NCBI RefSeq assembly: GCF_001194135.2
Contig: NC_068994.1
Coordinates: forward strand, 40,854,321-40,918,320
Origin: Octopus bimaculoides
Taxonomy: Eukaryota
Reading direction: 5' to 3'
Length of the DNA stretch: 64,000 bases
Shown here: positions 1 through 13,090 of the stretch, one piece after another
How the letters are laid out: each line of letters opens with the position of its first letter
How positions within the stretch are numbered: the first letter of the stretch is position 1
Position numbers and translations under genes: made by a program
Notes under the pieces: generated by a model
What the model saw: the letters and a program-made list of their open reading frames with translations, nothing else
Databases searched by the model: none
Told to the model about the DNA's origin: nothing

Positions 1-44
1 ATATATATATATATATAAATATATATATATATAATTATATATAT

Positions 45-77
<33 letters not shown>

Positions 78-692
78 CACACAAACACACACACACACAC
101 GCGTATTTGTGTGTGTGTGTGTGTGTGTAAGTCTGTGTGTACACATAGACAAACATTCCATACACATGCACTTGCAACCACTCACATATACAAACATTTA
201 TGTTCACACTTGCATATATACATGCATACATACATACACACATACACACATATACACACATACACACATACATACAAACATACATACATACATACATACA
301 TACATACATACATTATGATTAAGTGGGAAAATGTAGGAAAGAAATAAAAAAAAAAAAGAAGGAAACAATGAGAGGCTGGTGCAATGTGTAAAATTTCCAA
401 GAGTAGACAATGAAAACAAAATGGTAAGGGAAGACCGATAATTGGTAAATATTACATAGTGATTTTTTATTAAATTAGTCACTTTAGTTTAGCTATAGAT
501 TTCTGTTCTCAATTCTGTGGCATTTAATTGAAGTGGACGAGGAGTGACAGAGTGCGAAAGGAAGAGACTTCAGGCTCAGGGACATGTGTGAATGTGTGTG
601 TGTGTTTTGGTGTATGAGTGTGTATATGTGATGTGAGTGGTTGTTTTGTCTTGATTATGATTGTGTATGTGTACGTTGTGTGCATATGTGTT

Positions 693-727
<35 letters not shown>

Positions 728-1065
728 GTGTGTATGTGTGTGTGTGTGTTTGATCATAATGCTGTGATACAAGAATCACACTCATAAATATGGGCATATG
801 CATATGTGTATATAAGTGTGTGTGTTGATGTGTGTGCATATGCTCTTCATATGTATGTATGCGCATGTGAGTGTTTGTGCGTATGTGAGTGTGTGTGTGT
901 GTGTTTGTATGTGCATGTGAGTGTTTGTGCATATGTGAGTGTGTGTGTGTATGCCTGTGTGTATGTCTCTATGTGTGCGCATGTATGTGTGTGTGTGCCT
1001 ATGTGTGCCTGTGTATGTATGAATGCATGTGTTTGTGCATGTGCTCTGCATGTGTCTGTATGTAT
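1..1065. repeat. Compound (AT)n/(CA)n/(ACAT)n/(TG)n microsatellite and low-complexity tract
   Basis: Read directly from the sequence; accounts for the H/T/Y/I and C/V/M ORFs in the track. Confidence 0.95.
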
Positions 1066-1589
1066 GACTATGTTGTCAGTTTGAAAGGAAATATTTTTCT
1101 GATCATTTACAAATTTTAAAAAGTTATAAAACCACATCTGTTTTATACATAAGTGTGTGTGTGTGCGCGTGTTATGTGTGTATGTAATGTTTGTGTGTGT
1201 GTGAGAGAGTTGTAGATGTGTGATTATATGCATGTTCTCACACGCATACTTACATTTTTTTTTACATGTGTTTATGATTTTTATCGAAAAATTAACTATG
1301 CCCTAGTTTTTAACTTGTATTTCAATTTTGGTTTTTATGGTAATATTTTCTTATTAGTTTTATGCTTTGTTCAGAACAATAAATTTCTTTTGTCCTTCAT
1401 CCTTTAACGTTTTCTAAACTTTCCTGGTTTAATCTTATTGTAACTAACAATTATGGGAACTCACGTGCATCTGTTACTCATTGATTGTCATTGGAGTTTA
1501 AATGTTTCTGGCTGTTAGCATACAGGAGCAAATTCAACACAATAGATGTAATAACCAGCAAAAACAAACAAATCAGACACTAAGACAAC

Positions 1590-1609
1590 ACATGTATAAA
1601 TACATACAA

Positions 1610-1688
<79 letters not shown>

Positions 1689-1705
1689 TATATATAAATA
1701 TATAA

Positions 1706-1736
<31 letters not shown>

Positions 1737-1885
1737 CATATATATATATATGCATATGTGCGTGTATATATATATATATATACACACATGCAGATACGTA
1801 TACTATTTAAACACATATATACACATATGTACATTATATGTATGTACATACATACAGAGAGACAGACACACACACATACACATGT
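1590..1885. repeat. (AT)n microsatellite with AC-rich flanks
   Basis: Read directly from the sequence. Confidence 0.95.
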
Positions 1886-2451
1886 AATACATGTTACTTT
1901 ATAAATGGGTAGTTTGCTTTGTCATTATTATAAATCATGTGAATATATAGTCAAGGATTCCTAAAACTGTAAGCCAGTTGTTAATACTGATGTATATTTA
2001 ATTCTACCTTCTGTAGTATTGAGTACTTTATTTACTATTTAAATGTCTTGTTCCTACAACCAATCACTTAACAATAATGTCTCTCTCTCTCCATGTATAT
2101 GTATATTTATATATTACAAAACACTTAAGAAGTCTGAAACGTTTTGTAAAATGGAAAATCACTTCTAGCAACAATTATCCTCTTTTACTTCATATAAATT
2201 ATTGATGAAATATATTATATTAATGATGCAATTTTCACATTATATAATATTAATTGATGTCAATATGTTGGTATTATATAAAATTCAGCACACTCGGAGA
2301 ACAACCTTATTAAAAACACATACATCATGACTTAAAAGCCAAAGTATTTCATGACTGCAGAGAGAAACATGAAATAAACTAGCAAAATTGTTTGAAAGGA
2401 AAAATAAAGAAAAGTGAAAAAATATCACCAAAAATGTAGTCAAAATTAAAA

Positions 2452-2600
2452 CAGGCATGGCTGTGTGGTAAGAAGTGTTTGCTTCCCAACCTCATGGATG
2501 CATGTGCAATCCCACTTTATGCCATCTTGGGGAAGTGTTTTCTACAATAGTCCCAGGCTGATCAAGGCCTTGTGAGTGAATTTGGTAAAAAGCCTGTTGT
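2452..2600 (+). mobile_element. tRNA-derived SINE family A, 5' half (degenerate)
   Basis: ggcatggctgtgtggtaagaag...gccttgtgagtgaatttggta matches the family A copies at 13312-13724, 23198 and 57663; ends in (TA)n. Confidence 0.8.
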
Positions 2601-2623
2601 ATATATATATATATATATATACA

Positions 2624-3020
2624 TATAAACATAATTAAGGGATCAGCAACAGTTGCTTCACCACATACCAAAGTTCAGAAATAGCAGCTAAAGAACTGGC
2701 TGGCCTATGTAGGTTTGGAGATGCTGTTCATATTGTGCTGATGCATAATGTCGCTCGTTTGTGCATGCACAATTGCCAGCGTCGTCAAATTTGCAAACTG
2801 GAATATCATACTGATGAGGAAATGAAAAGTTTTCACTTTTCTAAGCCAGAAACGCATCTATGATTAACTAAGGATGGTTAGTTTCGTTGTTTTTTCTTCT
2901 TGTTTTGCCATTGTGAGTTACAAGTATTGCTATCTGTTGGATTTTCAGCGCTTTAGCTGCTATTTCTGAACTTCGGTATGTGGTGAAGCAACTGTTGCTG
3001 ATCCCTTAATTATGTTTATA
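2624..3020 (+). mobile_element. Short element bounded by 70-bp inverted repeats with an internal hammerhead-like motif (Penelope-like remnant; MITE is the alternative)
   Basis: 2624-2693 is the reverse complement of 2951-3020 at 69/70 positions; a CTGATGA...GAAAC motif lies inside. Confidence 0.6.
2805..2864 (+). ncRNA. Degenerate minimal type I hammerhead ribozyme motif
   Basis: Stem I atcata(2805-10)/tatgat(2859-64), CTGATGA at 2811-17, hairpin-capable spacer, GAAAC at 2849-53, then GC-ATC. Stem II closure and the 15.2-16.2 pair are broken. Confidence 0.6.
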
Positions 3021-4999
3021 AATGTATAAGAACTTTTAAATAAGTTCTTCACCGATAATGGTGTTTACACACCGAAGGGCTTGGTAAAAATTATTAATTA
3101 TTNNNNNNNNNNTATATATATATATATATATATATATTAAAATCTTCCAAGGACCAAGTGCCACAAAGTGTATTCCTCTGCTAAAAGCACCCAAATGCTA
3201 GGTGACAAATGAAATTTACCATCAAGGCAGGCCATGCTGGGATTTGAACACAGAACGCAAGTATCCAATTCTTACAGTTCCTCCAGCTTACCACTCTGGA
3301 TTTTACTTTTTATTGGTGCTGAAAAGATGAAAGGTAAAGTTGACCTGAACTGAGGAGTGTAGAATTAAATCTGCAGTTTAAATGCACAAAGAGATTCCAG
3401 CAGAAGATTTTCAACTTTGATTTTGTTTTTCTTGCTTTTTATTTTGTTTTGAAATCAGCCATTTTATCACTTCACAACTTCAATAAGCAATGGAGAGTCG
3501 AGCAGTGTGGAAGCCAAGGAGATGAAGTGAACTTCATGAATCATGTTTAAAATTCCCAAGTACTAGCAGTTATGTCAGAGTTGACTCAGCCTTCATGAGG
3601 TCAATAAAATAAATATCAGTCATAAACCAGAGAGAATAGTCAGGTTTATGTGGAAAATAAACGAAACATTTTCTTGCTTTCAAGGAGAATTCAACTAAAG
3701 AAAAGTGAGGTTCAACGGACGTGAGCCAATGGACCAATCTTTATGAGATATATTATTATTCATCTGTCTATCTATCTATGTATCTTTCAATCTATCTAAA
3801 ATCTTTCTATCTATCTACCTATCAAAGCAATGTTTTTGAAACAACTAAATGAGATATTATTAGCAATTTATATTCTATGGTTGGCATGGATCTCATATAG
3901 TAATATATGCACCAAGTAATATAATAAAATGTGTGTGATGCAACATAGAAGTTTATTGACTAGATTTTATCTCTGTTTAAGGTAAGTCTCTGAGCATATT
4001 TTCATAGCAATGACAATATGAATGTTGAAATTATGTACCAAAGCAGCCATTATATCTTCTGTTTGTACAAACGCTGAACAGAACGATATATAAACATATG
4101 CAAACCTATCCAAATCTGATAGATAAATACATTCCCCTCTTCTCATTCCTTATTTCTCATAGCAAAATCAAAAATCCTGATGGATCCATTTATGTACATA
4201 CCATGCAATATAATAAGTTTAGTCTTTACAATTACTGACATGTAATGATTGTATGGAATATAAGAAATCATAGATTGCAGTTTGAATGGTTCTTTGCAGT
4301 TATAAATATTCTCATAAAGGGTGTTTCTCTGATAACGATACGAAAGAATCACAAGGTGGTAAAATACCTTCCTTCAGATATGTTAATGGTAGAGCGAGCT
4401 ATGTAAAAGCTGTGAATATAAAAGTATTCAGAAGAAGAAGAGAAAAAAATCAAAGAAAACAATGATCGTGATGGCACCTCATCAAAGTAATTTCACATTT
4501 TGTTTTATTACTCGGAACGTAGACACATAACACAAACATGCACACATACAAAATGCATGCACAAACACACATTCTCCTTGAAATGTGCATGTGTGCTTCT
4601 TCTGTTTGTTTGCATGAATACGTGCATGCATGTATATGTGTGTGTAGAAGAGACCGGTTGGTTTATTGGTTCATTGGTTTGATGTTATACTGAATATGTA
4701 TGTATCAACGTGTGAATGTATGGGTGTGTTACAGGAGTGAGGCATGCTAGCATTTGAAAGAAGAAACATCAGAAGATTTTAATATTTCATTCTTTATCAA
4801 ATGTAAAGAGCGCTGCACTCAGTGTCTTCTGCATGAACACACGTGCACGCACACACACACATACACACGCACACACACACATACAAACACACACACACAC
4901 ATATGTTCACATACACATACAAACACTCATATACACATACACACATTTATAAATTGTGTGCATTTACAAACATACACATGACTGTATGTGTATATGACA

Positions 5000-5330
5000 T
5001 TTATCTTTGACTTGTTTCAGTCATTAGACTGTGTCCATGCTGGAGCACAACCTTGAATATATGTGTGTATATGTATATATATATAAACATACATATATGT
5101 GTGTGTGTATGTGTGTGTATCTATATATTTGTGTGTATACAGGCATACACTTATATAGGGCACCATCTTCTGGGGTTTATTCAACTGAACATATCTATTG
5201 ACTCCATTATCATTTTTAAATCTGGTACTTATCTTATGAAGTCTGTTATGAAGTCCATTAGTATACCAAAAATAAACAAAAATGCACTGGATGTTTGGTG
5301 GTATGAGCTTAATTACAGACATGGTCACAC
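5000..5330 (-). mobile_element. SINE family A, 3' half, split by a TA/TG microsatellite
   Basis: cttgtttcagtcattagactgtgtccatgctggagcac matches the family A tail on the minus strand. Confidence 0.65.
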
Positions 5331-5508
5331 ATACATGCATGCCCACGTGTACACACATACACACATGCACATGTGACATGTTTCCACACAGTTTCCATCT
5401 ATCAAATTTCATTTGCAATGCATGCGTATGCACACGTGCCTACATATGCAACAACATGCACATGCATACACATATATACAAGCACACACACAAACATGTA
5501 TACATATA

Positions 5509-5564
<56 letters not shown>

Positions 5565-6288
5565 NNNNNNNNNNNNNNNNNNNNNNNNNNNNNNNNNNNN
5601 NNNNNNNNNNNNNNNNNNNNNNNNNNNNNNNNNNNNNNNNNNNNNNNNNNNNNNNNNNNNNNNNNNNNNNNNNNNNNNNNNNNNNNNNNNNNNNNNNNNN
5701 NNNNNNNNNNNNNNNNNNNNNNNNNNNNNNNNNNNNNNNNNNNNNNNNNNNNNNNNNNNNNNNNNNNNNNNNNNNNNNNNNNNNNNNNNNNNNNNNNNNN
5801 NNNNNNNNNNNNNNNNNNNNNNNNNNNNNNNNNNNNNNNNNNNNNNNNNNNNNNNNNNNNNNNNNNNNNNNNNNNNNNNNNNNNNNNNNNNNNNNNNNNN
5901 NNNNNNNNNNNNNNNNNNNNNNNNNNNNNNNNNNNNNNNNNNNNNNNNNNNNNNNNNNNNNNNNNNNNNNNNNNNNNNNNNNNNNNNNNNNNNNNNNNNN
6001 NNNNNNNNNNNNNNNNNNNNNNNNNNNNNNNNNNNNNNNNNNNNNNNNNNNNNNNNNNNNNNNNNNNNNNNNNNNNNNNNNNNNNNNNNNNNNNNNNNNN
6101 NNNNNNNNNNNNNNNNNNNNNNNNNNNNNNNNNNNNNNNNNNNNNNNNNNNNNNNNNNNNNNNNNNNNNNNNNNNNNNNNNNNNNNNNNNNNNNNNNNNN
6201 NNNNNNNNNNNNNNNNNNNNNNNNNNNNNNNNNNNNNNNNNNNNNNNNNNNNNNNNNNNNNNNNNNNNNNNNNNNNNNNNNNNNNNNN
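5565..6288. other. Assembly gap (one of 17 N runs)
   Basis: Other gaps: 3103-3112, 9293-9575, 15666-15891, 17402-17416, 26308-26331, 28170-28879, 30209-30711, 32904-33095, 41242-41251, 42258-42267, 42472-42481, 47080-47139, 52722-~53435, 53996-54178, 60296-60642, 62376-62641. Most abut (AT)n or (CA)n. Confidence 0.99.
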
Positions 6289-6327
6289 ATATTTAAATGA
6301 TTTGCTATTGTAATCATTCTAAAATAA

Positions 6328-6686
6328 TTAACTCTGCTTTAGCGAAGGTGGAGGTATTGTTTTCAGTTGTGTTTGTTTGGTTGTTTGTCTATGGACAAGA
6401 TATCTCAAGAACCAATGGATGGATTCAGATGAAACTTTCAGGGATGTTTGGTTTCATGACTGGCACTAACTGATTAGATTTTGGGATCGATCTGTCACCG
6501 GACAAGGATTCTGGATTGTCTTTCCTGTTTTTTTACTTAATTTTTGAGCGTGGTTGGGTTCATTTTTAGTATTCTCATTTGTGAGAGCAGTCGAGTTTAT
6601 TTCAGATATTCTCATTTTAAAAATCATCTCCAGCTAATCATTGGTGCTGCCTTGGTGGAGGTTTGCACACTCTGAATGCTTTTGTT
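6328..6686 (+). mobile_element. Non-autonomous Helentron/HINE (DINE-1-like) element
   Basis: 5' hairpin actctgcttt-agcg-aaggtggaggt, a gtttgtttggttgtttgtct microsatellite-like tract, ggatggattcagatgaaactt, subterminal ccttggtggaggt and 3' stem-loop gcacactctgaatgc followed by T-rich sequence. This layout matches the described HINE architecture. Confidence 0.7.
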
Positions 6687-7232
6687 ATATTTGAATTGTA
6701 TTCCTTTTGCTGGTTTTAGTTATTGAATTGAGATCATACTTAGGGTACTGCTTTCATTGGTAATTAGTTAATTCTATAAATGCTAGCACTTTATCTGGTA
6801 CTCATTTTGTCAATATAGTGAGAAGCTAAAGGCAAGGTGATCTTTGCGTGAAGGGAAATATCTAAAACAGAACTAAATAGTGTTTCAGATTTTAGCACAA
6901 TACCAGAAAATTTAGGAGACTGATAATGATAATACACTCACATGCACCACACACATATGCACACAACATACACACACATACACGCACACACAACACATAC
7001 ACTCACACACACACATACACACACATACTACACACTCAAATGACATGGGTGGTGTATAGCAGAATTTATGTATGGTGTGTTCATAAAATACCTTGTGGCC
7101 TTGATTACATTAATGTATGTGAATTTAAATCTGCCTGAGTTTATGTTGCCCTTCATTACTTTCCAAGGTCTATAAAATATGTATTGGTTACATGTAGCAG
7201 ACTTAATATAATAAAGTATATCCTTGAAGAGT

Positions 7233-7410
7233 GGAGGCATATGGCCTAGTGGTTAGAACAGCAGACTTGTAGTCGAGGGATTGTAGGTTCAAATCTCAGA
7301 CCAAGCGATGTGTGTGTTTATGAGCAAGACACCTAAGCTCCACGTGGCTCCTGTAGTAGGTAATGGCGAACTTATGCTGACTCTTTTGCCACAACTTTCT
7401 GTCACTCTTT
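7233..7410 (+). mobile_element. tRNA-derived SINE family C, 3'-truncated
   Basis: A-box tggcctagtgg, B-box ggttcaaatc; homologous to 38065-38454. Confidence 0.75.
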
Positions 7411-8458
7411 TAACTTATAGTTTTAACTTATAGTACCACTTTCTGGTATTTTAACCTGCTAGAAATGGCAAACAGATTTCCCTTAAATTATACATCGCCC
7501 ATCTTATTAAATATATGGGGTGGTTATAACTGGAATGCCTATTGTCATATGTCTGTTTATTAAGAACTGACCTGAGGCTGAATGCCAAATGCACAAATAT
7601 GCACAAATATTCTATTATTCTTCAAAATTAGACACAAAGACAATAAACTGAATTTAACTGAACTGAATCGAAATTGTACTTTTGTCAAGTGAGTAGAGCA
7701 GAAGACACAGAAAATTATATACAATATACAACAGTTTCCAGCACTACAGTTTTACTATTCTAACAACTGAGTCACTGACTATATACTAACATGATTAACT
7801 ACACAGAAGCTCAATAACATACATACCTCACAAACATATTATTTGGTAACACCAGGCTTCATTCAGATCTGTCAATATCTCTATATCTGTAGAACTACCT
7901 TCTACAGATATAATTCCCACACCACTGCAAACACATTGCTTGCTATAATGCCATTTAGGCATAACAGATATAACACTGCTGTTCTGTGACTACGAACAAA
8001 ATTCTATGGTTCTCATTTTGCAATTCAAGACAAACTGTTCTAGACATTAAATGTTATTAGTTTTCATTCTTGTGCATTTAAAAATATTTCTTTTATTTTA
8101 TTTTCTGATCCAGCACACTTATGATTTTAACAAATGTGTCACTTGCATTAGACTACTTCATCTGTCAGAGGTATGTCAGCAGAAATGGTGAAGAACATGT
8201 CAAAAAGTTATAAAATGTTGAATATCAGTTGGGAATTCAATAGTAATATCTTGTATCTTTTCAATTTCGGAAATAAATGTGTAAAATTAGAAAAAAAAAA
8301 AAGAAAGGTAAAAGAAAACAAAACAAATTTAAAAAAAAGTAGAAAAGTAGAAAATAAAAAAATGTTTTGCAATATTTAAAATAAAATCTGTCAAACACCT
8401 TCTGAAAGGAGATTTTCAATAATGCAAAGCAATTTTATCAAAAATGGAATATTAAATG

Positions 8459-8460
<2 letters not shown>

Positions 8461-8518
<58 letters not shown>

Positions 8519-8628
8519 TAATAATAATAATAATGATGATGATGATGATGATGATGATAACGATAATGATAATAATAATGATAATAGTGATGATGATGAT
8601 AATAATAATAATAATAATAATGATGATG

Positions 8629-8706
<78 letters not shown>
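8461..8706. repeat. (AAT)n/(GAT)n trinucleotide microsatellite
   Basis: Read directly from the sequence. Confidence 0.97.
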
Positions 8707-8708
<2 letters not shown>

Positions 8709-9074
8709 GAATGAGAAAATAAGAACAAGAATAGCAACAAAGCAAGTTAATAAGCAGTGTAAATGTGTTTAGTGATAGAAGATTTGAAAGTGTGAGCTGT
8801 TATGTACCAGCATAGGAACATTTTTGTTATTCATCTGTTACACCACCCCCACCTACAACCACCACCACCACCACCACCACTGACAACAATAACAACAACA
8901 AATGCACAGTAATTGACAATAGCAAATTTTCAAAATCACAAAATAAGATCAGGGTCTTGCTAAATTTTGTCAAAGTATAGGGGCTGATTTTATTTATTTA
9001 TTTATTTAAATATCTCCACCAAAACAGGACAATACCACGTGAATGAATTGATCTAGGAATAGGAGGAACATAAA

Positions 9075-9185
9075 TAGTGATAATAATAATGATGATGGTG
9101 ATGATGATGATGGTGATGGTGGTGTTGGTGGTGGTGGTGGTGGTGGTGGTGGTGGTGATGATGATGTTGATGATGATGGTGATAA
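9075..9185. repeat. (GAT)n/(GGT)n microsatellite
   Basis: Read directly from the sequence. Confidence 0.9.
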
Positions 9186-9575
9186 ATCTGCTAAAATGTC
9201 ATAATAAACATTTCAGTATTTATAAAAATGAGAAAACATGATGGTGGTGATGGTGTTTAATAACATTGGCAACAGCTATTATAACAAAATGANNNNNNNN
9301 NNNNNNNNNNNNNNNNNNNNNNNNNNNNNNNNNNNNNNNNNNNNNNNNNNNNNNNNNNNNNNNNNNNNNNNNNNNNNNNNNNNNNNNNNNNNNNNNNNNN
9401 NNNNNNNNNNNNNNNNNNNNNNNNNNNNNNNNNNNNNNNNNNNNNNNNNNNNNNNNNNNNNNNNNNNNNNNNNNNNNNNNNNNNNNNNNNNNNNNNNNNN
9501 NNNNNNNNNNNNNNNNNNNNNNNNNNNNNNNNNNNNNNNNNNNNNNNNNNNNNNNNNNNNNNNNNNNNNNNNNNN

Positions 9576-9629
<54 letters not shown>

Positions 9630-9977
9630 TGTGTGTGAGTGTGTGTTATCAGAAAAACTGTATAAAACTATCAAAGTTGTGTGAAAGAGTATTGCTACAA
9701 ACCCATTGTCTCCTAAGTCCTTTCCTTCCCCTAAGGGACCTTTATGAGCCTTTTCTTAATGAAAGATTAATGACATTGCTGCAATCATGACTGTTTGATT
9801 AAGAACTTTAATCTTTGCAATCATATCATCCCAGGTTTATTTGTGCTGTGCACTAGTTTCGGCAAGTGTCATCTAGCATAGTCTCAGCCTGCCTTGTAAG
9901 TGGAATTTGGTAGGTAGAAACTGTGCCCAAGTTTGTCATCATCATCATTGTTACTGTCATCATTATTTTATATATAT

Positions 9978-10146
9978 TAAGGTGGTGAGCTGGCAGAATC
10001 ATTACCACACCAGACAAAATGCTTAGAGGTATTTCACCTGTCACTATATTCTGAGTTCAAATTCTGCCAAGGTCGACCTTGCCGTTCATCATTTCGGGGT
10101 CGATAAATTAAGTACCAGTTGAGTACTGGGGTTTATGTAATTGAGC
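9978..10146 (+). mobile_element. SINE family B (aaggtggtgagctggcagaatc head), 3'-truncated
   Basis: Homologous to the copies at 21858, 44241, 55395 and 62012; B-box gagttcaaatt. Confidence 0.8.
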
Positions 10147-12212
10147 TCACATAAAATGCACCCCTATTTTACAAGAATAATATCAGGAAAAAAAAAATCA
10201 AACAAATTTCATGCTTCATCATACACCTATTGGGAGATATTTTTAAATGTTTTTGTTAGAGAAAATGTATGATTCTGTGCATTTAAATACAACACCGTGA
10301 TAGTATACATAAGTTTATCAGAAATAAACTATGTTATGCAAGCACTGTATTTTAACTTATATTTTGGTTAAGAGAATAGTGATTGAATTTTTGGCCATGA
10401 TGTTTTGTGTTACTGTGATCAGCCACCAAAATGGTACACCTTCATTATGATCCTGTTGTCATCCATTCTTTGCAAATAACAGATGGATGAAAATTTAACA
10501 TGTCTTTCATCTTTCAATGAGAATTTTTCATATAGATAATTAAAAGATGTTTATTAAAGGTAACACAGATATTAAATTATTCAAGGCTCATACCAGATAT
10601 GTGCTATGTATGCTAGGCAGAGAGTTGCAATGAGATAGTGTAATCTTTCCACATCACAGCTGATGTACTGTAAGCAGCTGTTCATAAGTTAGTACTAACA
10701 GACAGTCATAATTTGTCTTGTTTTCAATATTTTATTATTAATAACAATTATTGTCCTATGAATGAAAACTTATGTTCATCAATAACCCTAATCTATAGCA
10801 CACTGTCTCTCATCTCTGATATGACCAAATTAAATGCAGGGCAATGTTTTGATACATTTAAAAATAATTTTAAAAAGTTCATTATGCACTGGCAATTATG
10901 GTAACTCAAGGTTAGATATTTAATACATTCCAAACTCTTCATGATCAATGTCCTTTTAATGACCATTTTTCTGTGCCTGCATTATGTATTGAAATTTTTA
11001 ACAAGGAAATTTTAGCAGCAATGAGATTTTAGTAAAAAATGAACTTGGAGAAAACAAGCTACCCTTAGCAAGTTCTCTGCTGTTTAAAGACACTGAATTA
11101 GACCTGCTCAAATTCACGCAAGGAAAATCAAATCATGACCAGGCATTGGTGCTCCCTAGCTGGTCACAGGTTCTTTATGGTGCTCACATTTTTCTCTGGT
11201 GTTTGATTCATTCACCAGCTTACAAAGATCAAAAATCCTGCCTTTACTACATTCCCAGTAGATGATTCTGTTTAGTGTTAGTTGAATTATGCTTGCAACT
11301 GTGAGCTTGCTGCCTGACATACCATAATATTCTCACGTTGGTTATAAACTAGTTTCAAGAACGAATGGTATCTATTTACATTTAGGTGGAATGGGGCTTT
11401 GAAAGTTAAATATCTTTACATTGCAGTAGTGTGTTATGAACCAACAATCATTTAGCTAACAAGTTTACAGCATTCAATCAATATGGTTTGCAGCAATTTT
11501 CAGCTGCAAAGTACAGAAGACTGAATACTAAGCAATAACTAAAGTTTTAATTGTAAAATTCACAGAATAATGATTAAAGCTCTGCTAAATTGTGTAGAAA
11601 ATGAACTAAACTATGTGATTACACATGCACACACACACATACACATACACAAACACATATACACAAACACACTGACACACACATGCAAATATATTCTCAT
11701 ACAGAATACACACACACACACAAAAATACACACACATACAAACACACACGCACACACACACATACACACACACAAGCACACATACGTGCGCACATGTGCA
11801 CTGATACATAATTTGTTATTTAAAAGGAAGAAGAAAAAAAACACACAAAACTTCTGAGATTACTGTTGATTAAAATATAGTGATGTAATCTATTCACAAC
11901 CACCCCCACTCCCACCTACATCTTCTCCACCACAACAGTGGGTTTGGGTAGGAAAAATAAAATAACAACTTTCATTGTATAGCTTTGTTTATTAAATAAT
12001 TCCTTTGATGTAGCAAACTTAAAAAGATAATTATAAAATGATGGCTGCACTGCGTTCCCAAACACAAGACGGTTAGTAAAATTTATGATTCGCGAAATTA
12101 GTGTTAATTAGCTTAAATATTTTAATGGAAATTGTGGAAGGTCACTGTTTTCAAAAAATGTTACCTTAAAATATATAGTCATTTATTCACTAATTTTCAT
12201 TTATCTTTATTG

Positions 12213-12215
<3 letters not shown>

Positions 12216-12290
<75 letters not shown>

Positions 12291-12309
12291 CATTATTATT
12301 ATTATTATT
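12216..12309. repeat. (ATT)n microsatellite
   Basis: Read directly from the sequence. Confidence 0.97.
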
Positions 12310-12663
12310 TTGAGATTTTGGCTGAATATTCCAGCAAAAATGCTGAACCAGACATGGTTTTTTTTGTTTTTTTTTTTTGTATTTATAGAGATTCTAGTTC
12401 TCGGTTTACCGTTCTTCAAGTATGAAGTTATATCATTCATCAGAAAAGTTTAATGCAATAAAAACCGCAAAGTGAAAACTAGTAAAAAAACAGATAAAAT
12501 GAATAACAGTGGAGTGGGTGGGTGGATGGTGGATAATAAACTAATAAACATACAAGAATATTTAACATTGGGTTGTTTCAGCGAAAGGTAATCAAAATGT
12601 TTACTAATGATTGGAATCATATATTTACAGAGAGCGAAAGAGACAGAGAAACAGAGAAAACAT

Positions 12664-12708
<45 letters not shown>

Positions 12709-12869
12709 GAGAAGGAGGAGGGAAAGGGAGATAAAATGATGTGGTTTTGATGTGCCTGAGTATAAGGTTGGGAAGGAGTTAGGTTGTCTGTTGCAAAATA
12801 AGGTCAAAAATGCCTTAAAATGATGTTCTCAAATTGGATCAAAAGCATTTGTAAGGTTGTCATATAGGA

Positions 12870-13090
12870 ATCATTGAGGATACCTCTATGTGGTCGTTTG
12901 ACATGCCAAAAGTAGCAGGCATTAATTTTATTGAAGTCACAGTCGTAATGAAATAAAGAAGAGCACATTTGGTATAGTAGTTATAGATACACAAAGCCTA
13001 TAGGAAAAATAAACATGAGGGTCATGGTAGGGAAGCCTTTGATCATAGGTGGACTTAATCATAGCTGATCTGGGGATACACAACAACAGT
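12870..13090 (+). mobile_element. Interspersed repeat family F (degenerate; ends ...gctgatctggggatacacaacaac)
   Basis: Similar degenerate segments at ~7435-7585, ~40230-40310 and ~51950-52150, and at ~56770-56830 on the minus strand. Class unresolved. Confidence 0.5.

Noticed and set aside
109-1887. Many 60-130 aa ORFs rich in H/T/Y/I/C/V here, with similar ones throughout the window
   Set aside because: They are translations of stop-free di-, tri- and tetranucleotide repeats.
2635-3009. TTAA-flanked piggyBac/Kolobok reading of the 2.6-3.0 kb inverted repeat (ttaaGGG...CCCttaa)
   Set aside because: The inverted symmetry continues 11 bp beyond the TTAA on both sides, so TTAA is internal to the repeat rather than a TSD.
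4143-4352. 69-aa minus-strand ORF
   Set aside because: No splice signals or recognisable motif; the length is within chance expectation.
5282-6317. The longest ORFs in the track (up to 343 aa), also at 28.1, 30.1, 52.6, 60.1 and 62.2 kb
   Set aside because: They are open only because they read through N gaps.
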